Shown: positions 10,663-23,357 of the stretch, one piece after another
Layout: each line of letters opens with the position of its first letter
Position numbering within the stretch: the stretch's first letter is position 1
Origin: an uncultured delta proteobacterium
GTDB taxonomy: Bacteria; Desulfobacterota; WTBG01
DNA length: 64,000 nucleotides
Direction of reading: 5' to 3'
Assembly (NCBI GenBank): GCA_963793865.1
Contig: CAWCBP010000001.1
Span: 672,001 to 736,000 of the forward strand
Position numbers and translations under genes: made by a program
The notes under the pieces: generated by a model
Seen by the model: only the letters and a program-made list of their open reading frames with translations
What the model was told of the DNA's origin: nothing
Database searches by the model: none

Positions 10663-11031
10663 ATGGCAGTCCTGCAGGGCAATCAAGTGGAATGTGATGA
10701 CGATGTGCGGGCGGTGCCCGGAGATAAAAGAAGGCACGTCAGGTTTGCCACGCGGCTCAAGGCCCTTTACTATCTGACTGACAAGCTGGAAGGCCTGGAA
10801 AAATGCGAGATAGTGAATGTCGGTTACGGGGGGGTGTGCTTGCAATTTGATAAGGCAGCGGCTTTTAAAGAATCGTGTGTAATAAACTTGGGGGTTGTCG
10901 TCAAGTGGCAATTGGTTCCCATAAGCCTGAAGGGCAGAGTAACCTGGTTGAGTGAAAAATTGAAGCGACCCATTGGCGGCGTTGAGCTTGATACGCCGCT
11001 TGATAACATGACCTTGCTCAAATTGTTGTAA
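10663..11031 (+). CDS. PilZ domain protein
   Basis: DKRRHVRF (RxxxR) and NVGYGG (D/NxSxxG-like) motifs. Confidence 0.8.
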   Translation: MAVLQGNQVECDDDVRAVPGDKRRHVRFATRLKALYYLTDKLEGLEKCEIVNVGYGGVCLQFDKAAAFKESCVINLGVVVKWQLVPISLKGRVTWLSEKLKRPIGGVELDTPLDNMTLLKLL

Positions 11032-11032
11032 C

Positions 11033-11057
11033 AGCCGGCGAATGAGCCGGCTTTTTT
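11033..11057 (+). terminator. Rho-independent terminator
   Basis: AGCCGGC...GCCGGCT followed by a T run. Confidence 0.7.
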
Positions 11058-11077
11058 ATTCAGCTGCGGACGTTCAG

Positions 11078-11402
11078 ATGACCATCAGGCGGGAGATTAT
11101 GCGGCTGTTATATCAGGGTGAGTGGACTGCCGGGGAAATTTCCCGGGCAGTGCGCATTTCGCAGAAGGAGGTTTATCCCCATTTAGAGCATATCATGCAA
11201 TCCCTCAGAGGCGACTTCAGCATAGTGCCTGCTGCAGTGCCTGTCATGCGGGTTCATCTTCAGCAAAAGAAAAGCGGTTCGATCTCCCAGCCGCTGCCCG
11301 CTGTGCAAGAGCGAACATATTAAGGACCCGGCCTATTATTGCCGTTCGCAACGTTCTGGCAACACCAGGAAAATGAACCGGGAACGCGAAGAGCCTTATT
11401 AA
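11078..11402 (+). CDS. HTH plus Zn-ribbon transcriptional regulator; frameshift ~11235
   Basis: MTIRREI...EVYPHLEHI, then alternate frame QCLSCGFIF...PSRCPLCKSEHI. Confidence 0.75.
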
Positions 11403-11459
11403 CAGTGCTCTGTATGAGTATCACCTCATGGGGTGCTTGAATTCATCCCCATTCCCCTG

Positions 11460-11909
11460 TCAGGCTGCCAGTAGTGTATTCAGCATCCAGAAGATGATCC
11501 CGCCCCGAATGCTCCAGATGACCGTTCGAATCCAATTGCTGTAAACCAGCCTGTTTTGAATCCTGGTTTCGTATCCGCGGGAAAGCTTAAAGTGGCTGGG
11601 AACCTGCAGGGTGGCGGTGGAGAGCCAGGTAATGCCGATCAGCACCAGATTTGTCCAGGTTTGGACGGGCAGGATGCCCGCCGGAGGCCGCCATACCAGC
11701 AGACCCGCCGTCACCAGTTCGATTCCCTGAAGAGGGATAACCACCAGTACCGTGAGGAAAAGGTTGGCGGTCTGATAGTCAGTGAAGCTTTCCTTTCCCA
11801 CCCTGCTGAAGAGAGGGTAATGAACAATCTGGGCAAACCAGATTATGCCGAACATGGCCCAGGTAGAGGCCACGTAGATAAAAAAAACATATTTCATCAG
11901 CTCGTCCAT
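11460..11909 (-). CDS. Conserved hypothetical membrane protein
   Basis: GGGGA RBS; four hydrophobic helices; QIVHYPLF, QVPSH, NWIRT. Confidence 0.75.
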   Translation of the reverse strand: MDELMKYVFFIYVASTWAMFGIIWFAQIVHYPLFSRVGKESFTDYQTANLFLTVLVVIPLQGIELVTAGLLVWRPPAGILPVQTWTNLVLIGITWLSTATLQVPSHFKLSRGYETRIQNRLVYSNWIRTVIWSIRGGIIFWMLNTLLAA

Positions 11910-12118
11910 GGCATTTCCCCCTTTACGCCGTTGATTGCGACATGATTCCCCATGCTCAAAGGGGCCGTGCCGCGCAGGAATAGAGATTGATAATTTATGA
12001 GAAGTATAGTAGATGACCAGTGCCGAGTCAATAATCAAATCCTGTCGGGTAATCCTCTCTTTAATGCATCGGTTTTGATCAATCTTATTGCTCGCAGTTG
12101 GGCAGGGAAATATAAGTC

Positions 12119-13017
12119 ATGAAACTTGGCTATCCGTGTATCAATCTCAGCCTGCCCTGCAGAAGTTCAAGAACATTCCGTCTGGCGTCGTGGTCAGAGG
12201 AGCGGTTTATTGAAACCGTCAAAAACAACCTTGCCTGCCTTTTGCGAATTCTGGAATTCAATGCCGGGCATGGCCTGCTCTTGTTCAGAATCACCTCTGA
12301 CCTCATTCCCTTTGCGTCCCATTCCATTTGTGCCGTTCCCTGGCAGCGGTATTTTAAAAAGGAATTTTCAGCCATCGGCAGCTTTGTTAAACAGAAGGGG
12401 ATGCGGCTGTCAATGCACCCGGATCAGTTCACGCTTATCAACTCCCTTGATGAGGAAATTTTCAAAAGAAGCGTGCGGGAGCTTATGTATCATGCTGACG
12501 TGCTGGATTTGCTGAGTGCAAGCAGGTCGCACAAGATTCAAATTCATGTCGGGGGAGTATATGGTGATAAAGAAAAAAGCATGGCGCGATTCATCAGCAG
12601 GTATAGAAGCCTTCCTGTGAAAGTCAGAAGACGGCTGGTTATTGAAAACGATGACAGACTGTACAGCATTGCCGACTGCCTCAAGATTCACGGCCGGGTG
12701 GGTGTTCCGGTTGTTCTTGACACCTTGCATCACCGGATAATCAATGAAGGCGAGTCAATAAGAGCCGCGTTTATGAAAATCTGTCCGACCTGGAAGAAGG
12801 CGGATGGGTTACCCATGGTCGATTACAGCAGCCAGGACAAAAAAAACGCCCGGGATCTCATGCTGAAACAATTGATCCCGGGGAGTTTAGAAGTTTTCTT
12901 AAAGCCATGCACGGCCTTGATTTAGACATGATGTTTGAAATCAAGGACAAGGAAAAGAGCGCCTTAAAGGCTGCGGCCATTCTCAAAAACTACTGCCCGC
13001 AAAAATCTCCACGGTAA
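12119..13017 (+). CDS. uvsE: UV DNA damage repair endonuclease; frameshift in A8 run ~12840
   Basis: LGYPCIN, RLSMHPDQF, HVGG, ENDD, DTLHH; alternate frame continues RPGSHAE...MFEIKDKEKSA to TAA 13017. Confidence 0.92.
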
Positions 13018-13066
13018 AAGCAAACACTGCCCGCTATATGCCTTTAGCGCAGGTGCTGAGCTCCAC

Positions 13067-13525
13067 TTATTTCTTCTTCGGCCGTTCATACTTGAACATA
13101 CACACGCAATTTCCATCAGCCTGGGCGCAGAGTATGGACCCCTTCATGTTCATATCTGCAAAGCCTTTGTTGGTCGCGGCCACATCCATTTCACAGATGA
13201 CATGGCAGGGTTTTTCAAAACCGAAATCCTTGTGCATATTAAACTTCAGTGCCGGGCATACCCGCTGAATTTCCAGCACGGCATCCATGTCATTATTGGA
13301 GATGTCAATAACCTGCATATCCATCCCGATCTGTTTGTAGGGAGCGACGGCCTCGGAAAAGGCCTCGGCCAGCGTGTTGGTCCGCTCGATAAAAGCGCCC
13401 ATATTTTTTCTCTGGCGCTCGGGATAGCCCTCAAATAACGTATCCCAGGCCTTTTTATCACCCGACTCGTCAAGAACTTTTCTGTACGTCTCAAATTTCT
13501 TTCTGAACATGTCCAAGGGGTTCAT
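13067..13525 (-). CDS. ATC-hydrolase/V4R-like ligand-binding protein
   Basis: RVCP...PCHVICEMD...CAQADGNCVC cysteine pattern; AGGAGG RBS. Confidence 0.6.
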   Translation of the reverse strand: MNPLDMFRKKFETYRKVLDESGDKKAWDTLFEGYPERQRKNMGAFIERTNTLAEAFSEAVAPYKQIGMDMQVIDISNNDMDAVLEIQRVCPALKFNMHKDFGFEKPCHVICEMDVAATNKGFADMNMKGSILCAQADGNCVCMFKYERPKKK

Positions 13526-13623
13526 CGTTTTCCTCCTTATGCCATATAATCCAAGGTTAAACAAACCGTGCTTTTACTCTTACAGGTCTATAATTCACTG
13601 GTGAACTTATTGCAACACATTTT

Positions 13624-14358
13624 TTAATTTTGTGTATCTGTATTCCCTCCCTTTTTAATTTCAAGCAGATCTATTTCAAATATAAGCACCTTGTTGGGCG
13701 GAATACGCGTACCGAGACCTCCCCTTCCGTAAGCAAGGTGCGGGGGTACGAAAATCTGCCACTTCGAGCCTTTTGTCATCATCTGCAGTGCCTCGGTCCA
13801 GCCCTTGATGACACCATCGGTCTGAACAGTCATCGGCTCGCCTTTTGTATAAGAGCTGTCGAATTCCGTGCCATCCGTAAACGTACCCCGGTAGTTGACC
13901 GTGACCATGTCTTCCGGCTTGGGAGTGATTCCCTTTCCCTCCTTCAGAACCTTGTACTGGAGGCCGCTCTCAATTGTCTTGACGCCATCTTTTTTTCGAT
14001 TTTCCTCGAGAAACTTCTCCGACTCCTCGGCGTTCTTGACCATCAGTTCCTGAATTTTCCTCATCTCAACTTCACGGGCACTCTTCTTTCGATCCACGAT
14101 CAGTTTTTTCATCTCTTCTTCGCTTATGCGGGGTTCTTTCCCATCGATTGAATCGCGCAATCCCAGAATGAGCTTATCGAAATCAACTTCAACACCGTCG
14201 CTCTTCATGCTGAGGCCTACCTGGTAACCAATGCTGTAGCTTTCCTTCTCATTTTGCGTGCCCAATGCAGGCGCGGAATTTTCAGCAAAAAGTTCAGAAG
14301 CTGCCAAAAGCAAAGAACATGAAAATATAAACAATCTGCTACCTATCAGTCCTGACAT
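13624..14358 (-). CDS. FKBP-type peptidyl-prolyl isomerase (FkpA/Mip-like)
   Basis: SYSIG, SGLQYKVL, VNYRGTFTDGTEFDSS, VIKGWTEAL, IPPNKVLIFEIDL. Confidence 0.93.
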   Translation of the reverse strand: MSGLIGSRLFIFSCSLLLAASELFAENSAPALGTQNEKESYSIGYQVGLSMKSDGVEVDFDKLILGLRDSIDGKEPRISEEEMKKLIVDRKKSAREVEMRKIQELMVKNAEESEKFLEENRKKDGVKTIESGLQYKVLKEGKGITPKPEDMVTVNYRGTFTDGTEFDSSYTKGEPMTVQTDGVIKGWTEALQMMTKGSKWQIFVPPHLAYGRGGLGTRIPPNKVLIFEIDLLEIKKGGNTDTQN

Positions 14359-14427
14359 TTTTAATGCCTCCTTTTCCCTGCCATATGCTAATTTTACCAC
14401 GCAGATGTCGCGTCTACAAGAGGTCAA

Positions 14428-14778
14428 CTACTTGCTTCCGCTATCCTGATTTTGAGGATATGCCTTGCCTTCAATCTTCTCGATTTCCACATTGTCCCCT
14501 GAAACAATCCTGACATCTATGGAGACAATTTTTTCACTTTCGGCATACGGATCCAGAACAGCCGAAACCGGATTGAGGATGGTGAATATCGTCGAAGATG
14601 GTGTCTTGCCTCTTATAACGTAGCCATAATCCAATTTCCCAATTTCCCCTGTGATGTTCAATTGCCTCACGATACGCTTCTGGCCGGGCTGCTCCTTCGG
14701 CTCCTGAACCGCAGGAGAACCACAAGCCAATACAACTGCACTCATAACCAGTATAAGCAGCTGTCTCTTTCTCATCAT
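14428..14778 (-). CDS. Hypothetical lipoprotein
   Basis: Lipobox VLAC; AGGAGG RBS. Confidence 0.65.
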   Translation of the reverse strand: MMRKRQLLILVMSAVVLACGSPAVQEPKEQPGQKRIVRQLNITGEIGKLDYGYVIRGKTPSSTIFTILNPVSAVLDPYAESEKIVSIDVRIVSGDNVEIEKIEGKAYPQNQDSGSK

Positions 14779-14835
14779 ACTAACCTCCTTTTTTGCTTCA
14801 ATGAGTTTACGTGTGGAATGTGCCGGTCCGTTTCT

Positions 14836-17800
14836 TCATGTGACAGATTTTGCAGCAGATCTTTTGACCTCGAAATGCCATTTCCATATCTCATAAATTG
14901 CAGGATACACCAGCAATTCCAAGGCAAAAGAAGTGAAGATTCCGCCGATCATGGGTGCGGCAATCCGTTTCATGACGTCAGCCCCGGTACCTGTGGACCA
15001 CATGATGGGAAAGAATCCGATAAATGTGGTAGCAACGGTCATCAGCTTGGGCCGGAGGCGCATGACTGCGCCCTCAAGGATTGCGCTCCGTAAATCCGGG
15101 AGATTGCGAAGGCGCCCCTCACTTTTTGCCTTTTCATAGGCAAGGTCAAGATAGAGAAGCATAAAGACACCGGTTTCCGCGTCGACTCCGAGCAGTGCCA
15201 GGAGTCCGACCCAGACGGCAACGCTCATATTGTAACCAAGCAGGTAGAGCAGCCAGACAGCGCCAACCGCCGAGAAGGGCACGGCCAGAAATACAATCAT
15301 TGTCTTGGTTATGGACCGGGTATTCATGTAAAGAAGCAGGATGATAAGGAATAGGGTCAAAGGAACAATTACAAGCAAACGATCTTTCACCCGCTGCATG
15401 GCCTCATACTGACCTGTCCAGGTTAAAGCATAGCCGACCGGCAGCTTAAGGGCATCCTTCATTATTTACTTTTGCCTCCGCGACATAGCTTCCCGGATCC
15501 CGTTCCGCAAGGTCAATATAGACATATCCGGTGAGAAGTCCGTCTTCATTCCGGATCATGGAGGGCTCACTCACAAACTCGATGTCGGCAAGCTGGTTCA
15601 GGGCAATTTGCCGCCGGCCATCCAGGGCAGGCACAAGTAGTCGCCCCAGCGCTCCGAGGTCGGATCTGAAGTCGGCCTTATAACGAACGTTAACAGGATA
15701 TCGCTCCCTGCCCTTCCACCGTGGTGGTGATGTTTTCACCCCCGATCGCGTTCAGCACCACTGCCTGCGCACCTTCGATGCTCAGCCCGTGCCGGGCAAG
15801 CTCACCTCTTTTCCACTTGATGTCAATGAAGTAACCGCTGCTGGTGCGCTCGGCGAAAACGCTTCGCGTTCCCTTAATGGGGAGGAGGTGCTCCTCAACC
15901 CGGGCGCCGATTTGTTCGATAACCTTAAGATCATCACCGGATATCTTGATTCCCACAGGTGTCCTGATCCCGGTGGTGAGCATATCAATCCGGGCCTTGA
16001 TGGGCATGGTCCATGCGTTGGACAGTCCCGGTATTCTCAGGGCATCATTGAGCCGGCTCACCAGCTCCTCACGTGAAATGCGGTCCGGGGTGATGTGCCG
16101 CAATATATCCTTGAGCCATTCCGGCGCCCAGGAGGAATACCAGGTATCAATACTCCGCCACTGAGACTCCGGTTTGAGCATGATCACCGTCTCGAGCATG
16201 GACAATGGTGCGGGATCGGTGGAGGTTTCCGCCCGTCCCGCCTTGCCGAGCACCCGTTCAACCTCTGGGAACTCCTTGATAATCCTGTTGGTCACCTGGA
16301 GCAATCTTTGCGCTTCGGTTATGGATATTCCCGGCATGGTGGTGGGCATGAAGAAGAGCGCACCCTCATCGAGGGGGGGCATGAATTCTGATCCGAGCCG
16401 GTTAAATACAGGGACTGTGACCAGGACAATTACGAAGGCTGAGCCGATGACGAGCCACTTGTACTGCAGCGACCAGGTTGCAATGGGCCGATACATCCTT
16501 ATCAGAAGTCTGCTTATGGGGTGTTTGTCCTCGGACCTGATGGTGCCCACGAAGAGGCCGTTAATGGTCTTGCTCAGCCAATAGGGCCGGAAGCCGAAGT
16601 TTTTCACATGGGTCAGCAGAAGCCTGAGCGCGGGATCGAGGGTGATGGCGAGAAAAGCGGCGATGACCATGGCAAGTGTTTTTGTGTAAGCCAGGGGTTT
16701 GAAAAGGCGGCCTTCTTCGGCCTCAAGCGTCAGCACCGGCAAAAACGATACGGCGATGACCAGCAGGGAGAAGAAGCTCGGGCCCGCGACCTGTTTGATG
16801 CCATCGACAATCACCGCGCGATAGTCACCCTGCTCTCCATTTTTCTGCCACTCTTCAAGCCGCTTGTGGGTCTGCTCGACGACCACGATTGCCGCGTCCA
16901 CCATCTCTCCCATGGCGATGGCGATGCCGCCCAGAGACATGATGTTGGCGGTAACACCCATTGCCCTGAAAAGGATGAAGGAGATGAGAATGGATATGGG
17001 AAGCGTGATGATGGGAATCAGGGAACTGGGGGGATGCCAGAGGAAGAGGAAAATGATGAATGAAACGGTGATGAGAATCTCGATCAGGGTTGACTGCAGC
17101 GTGTCAATGGCCCTCCTGATGAGGTCGGACCGGTCATAAACGGGAACAACCTTGACACCCTCCGGAAGCCCCGGTTCGAGCTCCTTCAGCCGTGCCTTCA
17201 CCCGGTCAATTACCGTCAGGGCGTTCTGGCCCTGCCTCATGACCACAATTCCCGAAACCACATCGCCGGTCCCGTCCAGGTCAGCCACCCCTCTGCGGTA
17301 ATCAGGGCCGATGGTCACCTCGCCGATGTCCCTGATGCGGACAGGTGTCGCATCCTCGGTTGCGGTGAGAACAATATCCCCGAAATCATCAATGGTCCTG
17401 GCATACCCTCTGCCCCGTACCATGTATTCGGTACCGCCGAACTCGATCAGCCTGCCGCCCGCCTCCACATTACCCGATCTTACCGCATCAACAACCTGAT
17501 TGATGGAAATGTTATATGCCTGAAGGCGGTTCGGATCAACATTGACCTGGTATTGCTGAATGAAGCCGCCCACCGTAGCCACCTCGGCGACCCCCGGCAG
17601 CGCCTTGAGATAGTACCGGAGATACCAGTCCTGCAGGGACCTCAATTCGGCAAGATTGCGGGTGCCTGAATCATCCACCAGGGCGTACTGGAAGACCCAG
17701 CCCAATCCCGTTGCATCCGGTCCGAGTTCGGTCTGAACACCCTGGGGAAGCCGGGGTATCACGCTGGACAGATATTCCAGCGTGCGTGACCGCGCCCAAT

Positions 17801-18107
17801 AGATGTCGGTATCATCCTGAAAAATGACATAGACAAAGGAGTAGCCGAAGTCGGAAAATCCCCGCACCGCCTTAACACCGGGAGCTCCGAGCATGGCGGT
17901 GACAATGGGATAGGTGACCTGGTCCTCGATAATATCAGGACTGCGGTCCCAGCGGGAGTAAATGATTACCTGGGTTTCGCTGAGGTCGGGAATGGCGTCG
18001 AGGGGGACACGCTGCATCGACCACCATCCCCAGATGCAGGCGACGGTGACAAGAAGAAATACGATAGGCTTATTTTTGACAGAAAAGTCGATGACGCGAT
18101 CGATCAT
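14836..18107 (-). CDS. cusA: CusA/CzcA heavy-metal efflux RND permease; two frameshifts (~15705, ~15465)
   Basis: PLDAIPDLS, LGPDATGLGWV, NIMSLGGIA, FMPPLDEG, RLRPKLMT across three consecutive ORF pieces. Confidence 0.93.
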
Positions 18108-18141
18108 TACTTTGCGCGTGGTGGTGGCAACCGGTCAGGGT

Positions 18142-19978
18142 TTAATCGCTTTCCATAGTGTCGCTTGGTGCAGCGTCATGTGCGACGGGTTCAGTCGGGG
18201 CATCTTCAAGGTCATCCCGGTCTTTCTCAGAGGAACCATCACTGCCGGGGGCTGGTGTGTTCCCCGGCTGCCCGGAAGGTGTGCTTTTATCATGCTGCTG
18301 TCCGAGATATTTTGCTCCCGGAAATTTCCCCCATGCGCCCCAGTTGCCCGCTTCTGAAGCTTCATTCTTTGTTTTGCCGCCACCCCAATCAATGACTCCG
18401 CGAGTGTCTGCTGATGTGGGGGATGGTTTGTCCGTCTCCTTCACCTGCTTCCGTCTTGCCATGCTTGATGTCCTGGCCTGTCTGAACAGGTTTCATAAGA
18501 TCAAGCCAGCCGTTTTCCATATCCGGCATATCGGCATGAGCTGATGTCTGTTTTCCCGTTATATATTTTCCCGGTTGTTCTTTGAAAAGCTTTACGCACA
18601 GGTCCGAGCAGAAATAGTACGTCATGCCTTCGTGTTGAGCGATCCTGCCCGAGAGTTCTGCCTGTGCCATGTCAGCGTTCATGCCGCAGACAGGATCCTT
18701 GGCCGTCTTGTCTTCGGTGCCTGACGCCGCGGTTTTCATCCGGCTCTCGGAATCAATGAGAAAGTTACCCGAGACCACCACCTTGTCCCCGGGCATAAGG
18801 CCGCCGGTAATCTGAATCTGCCTGCCAAGCTTCCAGCCCGTTTCGACCTCGCGGGGCTCGAAAATGCCATCGCCGGTTTCAACATAGACAATGGTCCTGG
18901 TGCCCGAATCAATGACGGCGTCAGCCGTCACATGGATTGATTCAGGCATGGTGACAGGGATCTCCACATCCACAAACATGTCAGGCCTTAAGTCATAGTT
19001 TGGGTTGCCTATATCAAGTCGCATCTTCAGCGTCTTGGTCGCGGGATCAAAGAGCGGCAGCACTTGGCTTACCTGCGCGTCGAAGGTCTTACCCATCTGT
19101 GTATTCAGTACCTTTACCATCATGCCGGGTTTCAGGTAGCGGGCCTCGTTCTCGTACACATCCGCATACACCCAGACTTTTCCGATGTCGGCAATGCTGA
19201 AGAACTCGTCTCCTGCTTTCAGCCACTGTTTGAGGGTGAGCTTCCTGCTCAGGACAACGCCACTGGCAGGGGATCTTACTTGAAGGTAAGGCTGGGCCTT
19301 CCTGGTATTGGCCAGTTCCTCAATCTGGGCGTCGCTGATCCCGAGGTTCTGGAGGGCCTGCACGGCAGCGCGGATCTGATTGTCCGCCATGTCGGTCTGC
19401 TGATGGCGAAGCTCTCCGCCGAGCTGCTGCTTTATGCGGTCTATATTGTCAAGGGCAACCAAATAGGTTACCTGGGCATTGTAGTACGCAGGGGCAAGCG
19501 CCACGGCCAGAATCCTATTTTTTTTAACGATGCTTCCGGTCGTAACGTCAGAAAGCTCCCGTATCCAGCTGTCTGTTGAGGCATTGACGCGATAGATCCT
19601 GGTTTCATCGAGGGCAACCTTGCCGTAGAGGCGGAGGGTATAGGTCATGGGTCTGATCTCAACAGGGGCGACCTTCACCCCGATAAGCTGCTGCCGGGCC
19701 GGCTTGATCTGCACTGAACCGGGGGAAAACACGGGAAGGGCAGCGTTATCCTGCCCCTCGCCGACTTCAGCATAAACCGGCTCCAGGGGCATCCCGCATG
19801 GCGCCACTCCCGGTGCCTCGGATCGAAAGCCGGGATTCATAGGGTCTACATAATAGAGGATTGTGCGCTCAGATTGAGTGCTTGCGGAGGGTGGCTGTGC
19901 TTTTCCGTACCATCTTCCGGCTGCGAAGAAAAGAACAGCAATGGTCAGCATAATAATCGGTACGATGACTTTTTTCAC
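18142..19978 (-). CDS. cusB: CusB-like RND periplasmic adaptor with YHS domain and long C-terminal tail (frameshift ~18460)
   Basis: YYVDPMNP..PCGMPL, LRPDMF, GNFLIDSES, DPVCGM..YYFCS. Confidence 0.9.
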
Positions 19979-20159
19979 ATCAGGCTCACATCTTTATGCT
20001 GTTGTCAAAGATTCATCTGAAATGAGACACATTCAAAAACTTCCAGGTACCTGAAGTGGACCAACTAAACATAACATATATTTGCATTGCCTTAAATTGT
20101 TTTTTTCATCTTCACCACAACTCTCCATCAGGTTCCTTTCGCATGAAGCGTTTTAATAC

Positions 20160-20190
20160 ACAAAGAGGGGACCCGAGGTCCCCTCTTTGT
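20160..20190. terminator. Terminator after multicopper oxidase
   Basis: ACAAAGAGGGGACC-CGA-GGTCCCCTCTTTGT hairpin. Confidence 0.7.
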
Positions 20191-20214
20191 TAACAGGAAT
20201 GAACCGATAACCTT

Positions 20215-22251
20215 CTACTGGACTAGCTGCCGTGCAGCCCCAACGGTGTAGTTCCGCATCATTTCGTTGTCTTCATGGTCGACTATATGGCAATGCCATA
20301 CATACCCAACGCCATTGATGAGTTCGGTGGGATCAAACGGATAAAGGTTTGTACCTGCCGAAACGCCTCCAACCGGCACATCCTGAGGTGCCCATCTGAC
20401 CGCTATCCTTGTTACCTCACCAGGATACATGATGGCGGTGTCCTTCCAGCCCTTTTCATACGGGAGCGGCAACCTGCGTTTTTTCAACTGCAGGTAAGGT
20501 CCTATTGCGGGATTGCCACCGATGGCACCGTCAGCATTTTTGATGTTGTACTGGTTCGGCGGCCCGCCGCCGGGAAGCACACCATTGGCCGCGAGCTGAG
20601 CATCATACAAATTGATCCACCGTGAAGCCTGCAGCGGTGTGCGGTCCAGGATCTGGAAAGTCACAAGATGAGTGTGCATGGGGTGAGCGTCAGCAGTGAT
20701 GTTGATGACTTCCCATATCTCGGTATCTCCCACTGCCGGAATCTCTGTTTCACGGCAGAGAGGAGTGGGGCAGCCGGGAGTAATGCCTGCGAGATTATAC
20801 TTAGAGTTGTTCACTACCAGTTCGAGCGGACCACCGGCACCAATCACTTCGTTAAGGGTAAGCTGGCGTTTGATGCCATTTACTGCATCAAAACCATTGA
20901 GGATCGGCTCGAGGGGTGTTGGCCGTATTGCGGTTCCCGCTGCGATAGCTGTGTCGGGTATGACCCCATTGAGAGGCAGGTTTACCCTGAACTGCATGAT
21001 CGTGTCGGTTCCACCCAGCGTAGGTCTTGCTCCGCCTGGAAACGGTGTGCGCGCTATGTTTGACATAACCACTGTGGTTCCCTGTGGCAGACCCCTGAAG
21101 TCCACAATTACCTCGTAACGTTCGCCGGGCCCGATTATCAGATTGGGTGTTAAAACAGCATTCTGAAGATAACCGCCGTCAGTTGCGATAACAAGGAATT
21201 TTAATCCCTTGCTCATCGAGAGGTCATAAAAGCGGGCGTTTGAGCCGTCCACAAATCTGAAACGGTACTGCCGGGGTTCTACATTCAGATAGGGCCAGGT
21301 CTTGCCGTTAACGACGATTGAGTCTCCGATGAACTCCGGGATCCAGAAAGGATGAATCGTCGGGTTCGGCTGGGGGTTGGAGGCCAGATTATAGAAAATC
21401 TGGCAGTTTGTATCAAAACTTCTGTCCTGGAGAATGAGGGGGATATCGTACTCAGGAAACTTCGGCAAGGAGGCAAGTGGGGGTTTGCCGGATCAATTAT
21501 TGGGTACAAACCGGCCAGCCCCGCATAAACGTTCAGCCTGGTCAGGCCCAATGCATGGTCATGAAACCATATTGTTGCTTCCTGCTGCCCGTTGGGATAC
21601 GTGTACGTATTACCCGGAAAGCCTCTGCCAGTGATTCCAGTCGCTGTTTCCCAGGCATCGGGACCACCGTCAAACGCAGGCGGTACCTCGCCCCCGTGGA
21701 TGTGTGTTGCGGTGGGCATCGCGCCGGTATAACCACCCAGCAGGCCGCATAACGGATTAGTGTAGTTTCCGGCAGGATCAGGTGCGCAGTTTATATTCTC
21801 AGGATTTGCCCAGTCAATCGTCATATCAATGGGAAGGAGCGGCTGCACATTTGATATCAGGGGCAACTCATTAAAATATGACGGGAATGCCGGGACACCA
21901 CGTTCCGCCACCACGACCGGCCCAAGATAACTGGGACGCACAACACTACCGGCAGGGAGATCGGCATCGGTCAGGTAACCCCACACCCAGCTCGCGGTAC
22001 CGGCTGGGCAGACACCGGCAGGCATGACCTGGGGGAGAATCTGTGACTGAAATTCGCTGATGTGAATGTTATAAGCGGGTGTGCCTGCGGATGTTGCATC
22101 AATGACTGATATAGCGCCTGCAACCGGCAGCGGTTCGACAAACTTCGGTATTGTCGCTCCCGGCAAGCAGCAACTGCTGAGCGCCGGCAATGCCGACCAT
22201 GACAAAGATAAAGGTCAAACCCAACATTGTAAATCTAAGTCCTGTTTTCAT
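20215..22251 (-). CDS. Secreted multicopper oxidase (CotA/bilirubin oxidase-like); frameshifts ~22170 and ~21475
   Basis: THIHG, WFHDH, HPMHTH, WHCHIVDHEDNEMM; signal peptide MKTGLRF...AGAQQ from ATG 22251 with GGAGGAG RBS. Confidence 0.92.
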
Positions 22252-22928
22252 TTCTCCTCCTTTCGTTTTCTAAAAATCACTATTCCTTTTGTGAAGCTGT
22301 TTAAGTATCTTTCGTAATCCTGTTAAAATTCTCTTACCTGCTGCAAAAACCAGAAAAATGCTTCCTTACATCTATACATTTTCTTGTCTTAGCTGACCGC
22401 TCATTTTTTCAGTTGTGCACCACCCCCCCATAGGAATTACATTAAAGTTATTTGAGACATCAAAAAATTGTTAAAATGTAAAGAAAGAGCATTTACTTTT
22501 TATTATATTGTTATTTTAAGTTATATCTTGTGTCTATGGGTAAAAAGATGTATTTTTAGCGAAAAAATAGAGTATATTTTTAGAAGGCGAACGATATCTA
22601 TTGTTTGATCATCATATTTGGTTGCTTTATATGTCTTAAATTCCAAATTGCGACATTTTCAAATTGTCATTAAAAATTGTTACTTAAACAGTAATGTATT
22701 TTTTCTATCATATGATACTAAAATTGTCAAGAATAAATAATGACAATATATTATTATAGATAAGATTTTACTATAAATTAGGCGGTTTTATCATTTGGCG
22801 AGGTATAATTATATTTGCCTTCGCTCTTTACCGCTTAACCCTTCTATGATATAAGCAAGTGCTCAGAATAGAGCTGATGTTCAGTTGGTAATATGAGTGA
22901 ATAACTACCAAGGACTTATGAGGCACGC

Positions 22929-23234
22929 ATGGAAAAGGTAAAAAAGCTGGTGGACAGGCAGATGGATATAAAATTGAAACAGGAGATTGATACCTCTCTC
23001 AAAAGGATCAGGGCATTAGAGAATGCGCTTAAATTTCACCGGGAGAAATTGAAAGAGCTGTGTGAAGGACGGAAGGAAGAGTTGGCGGAAGAACTGGGCA
23101 TTATCAAGGGAAAGACCGGGGAGACCATTTCTGTGCTGTTCGTGCTCGAAAAAACCAACGAGCTGATAGAGGATACCATTGTTCTGTGGGGCGAGGGTGT
23201 GCGAAAAAGCTTTCTGGATTACATGGGAAAATAG
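22929..23234 (+). CDS. Hypothetical coiled-coil protein
   Basis: GAGG RBS, charged helical 101 aa. Confidence 0.6.
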   Translation: MEKVKKLVDRQMDIKLKQEIDTSLKRIRALENALKFHREKLKELCEGRKEELAEELGIIKGKTGETISVLFVLEKTNELIEDTIVLWGEGVRKSFLDYMGK

Positions 23235-23357
23235 AGGTTTATCAGGTGCGGAAATGAGCCTGACATCGAACGGTAAGAATAATTCGTAATATTAAGCTTG
23301 ACAAAGTTATGAGCATGATACTAGAAACAGCGATAAATAAATAGATGATAGAAGCAA

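Noticed and set aside
12839..12846. Programmed frameshift or phase variation at the A8 run in uvsE
   Set aside because: Cannot be told apart from the many other indels in this assembly; no specific support
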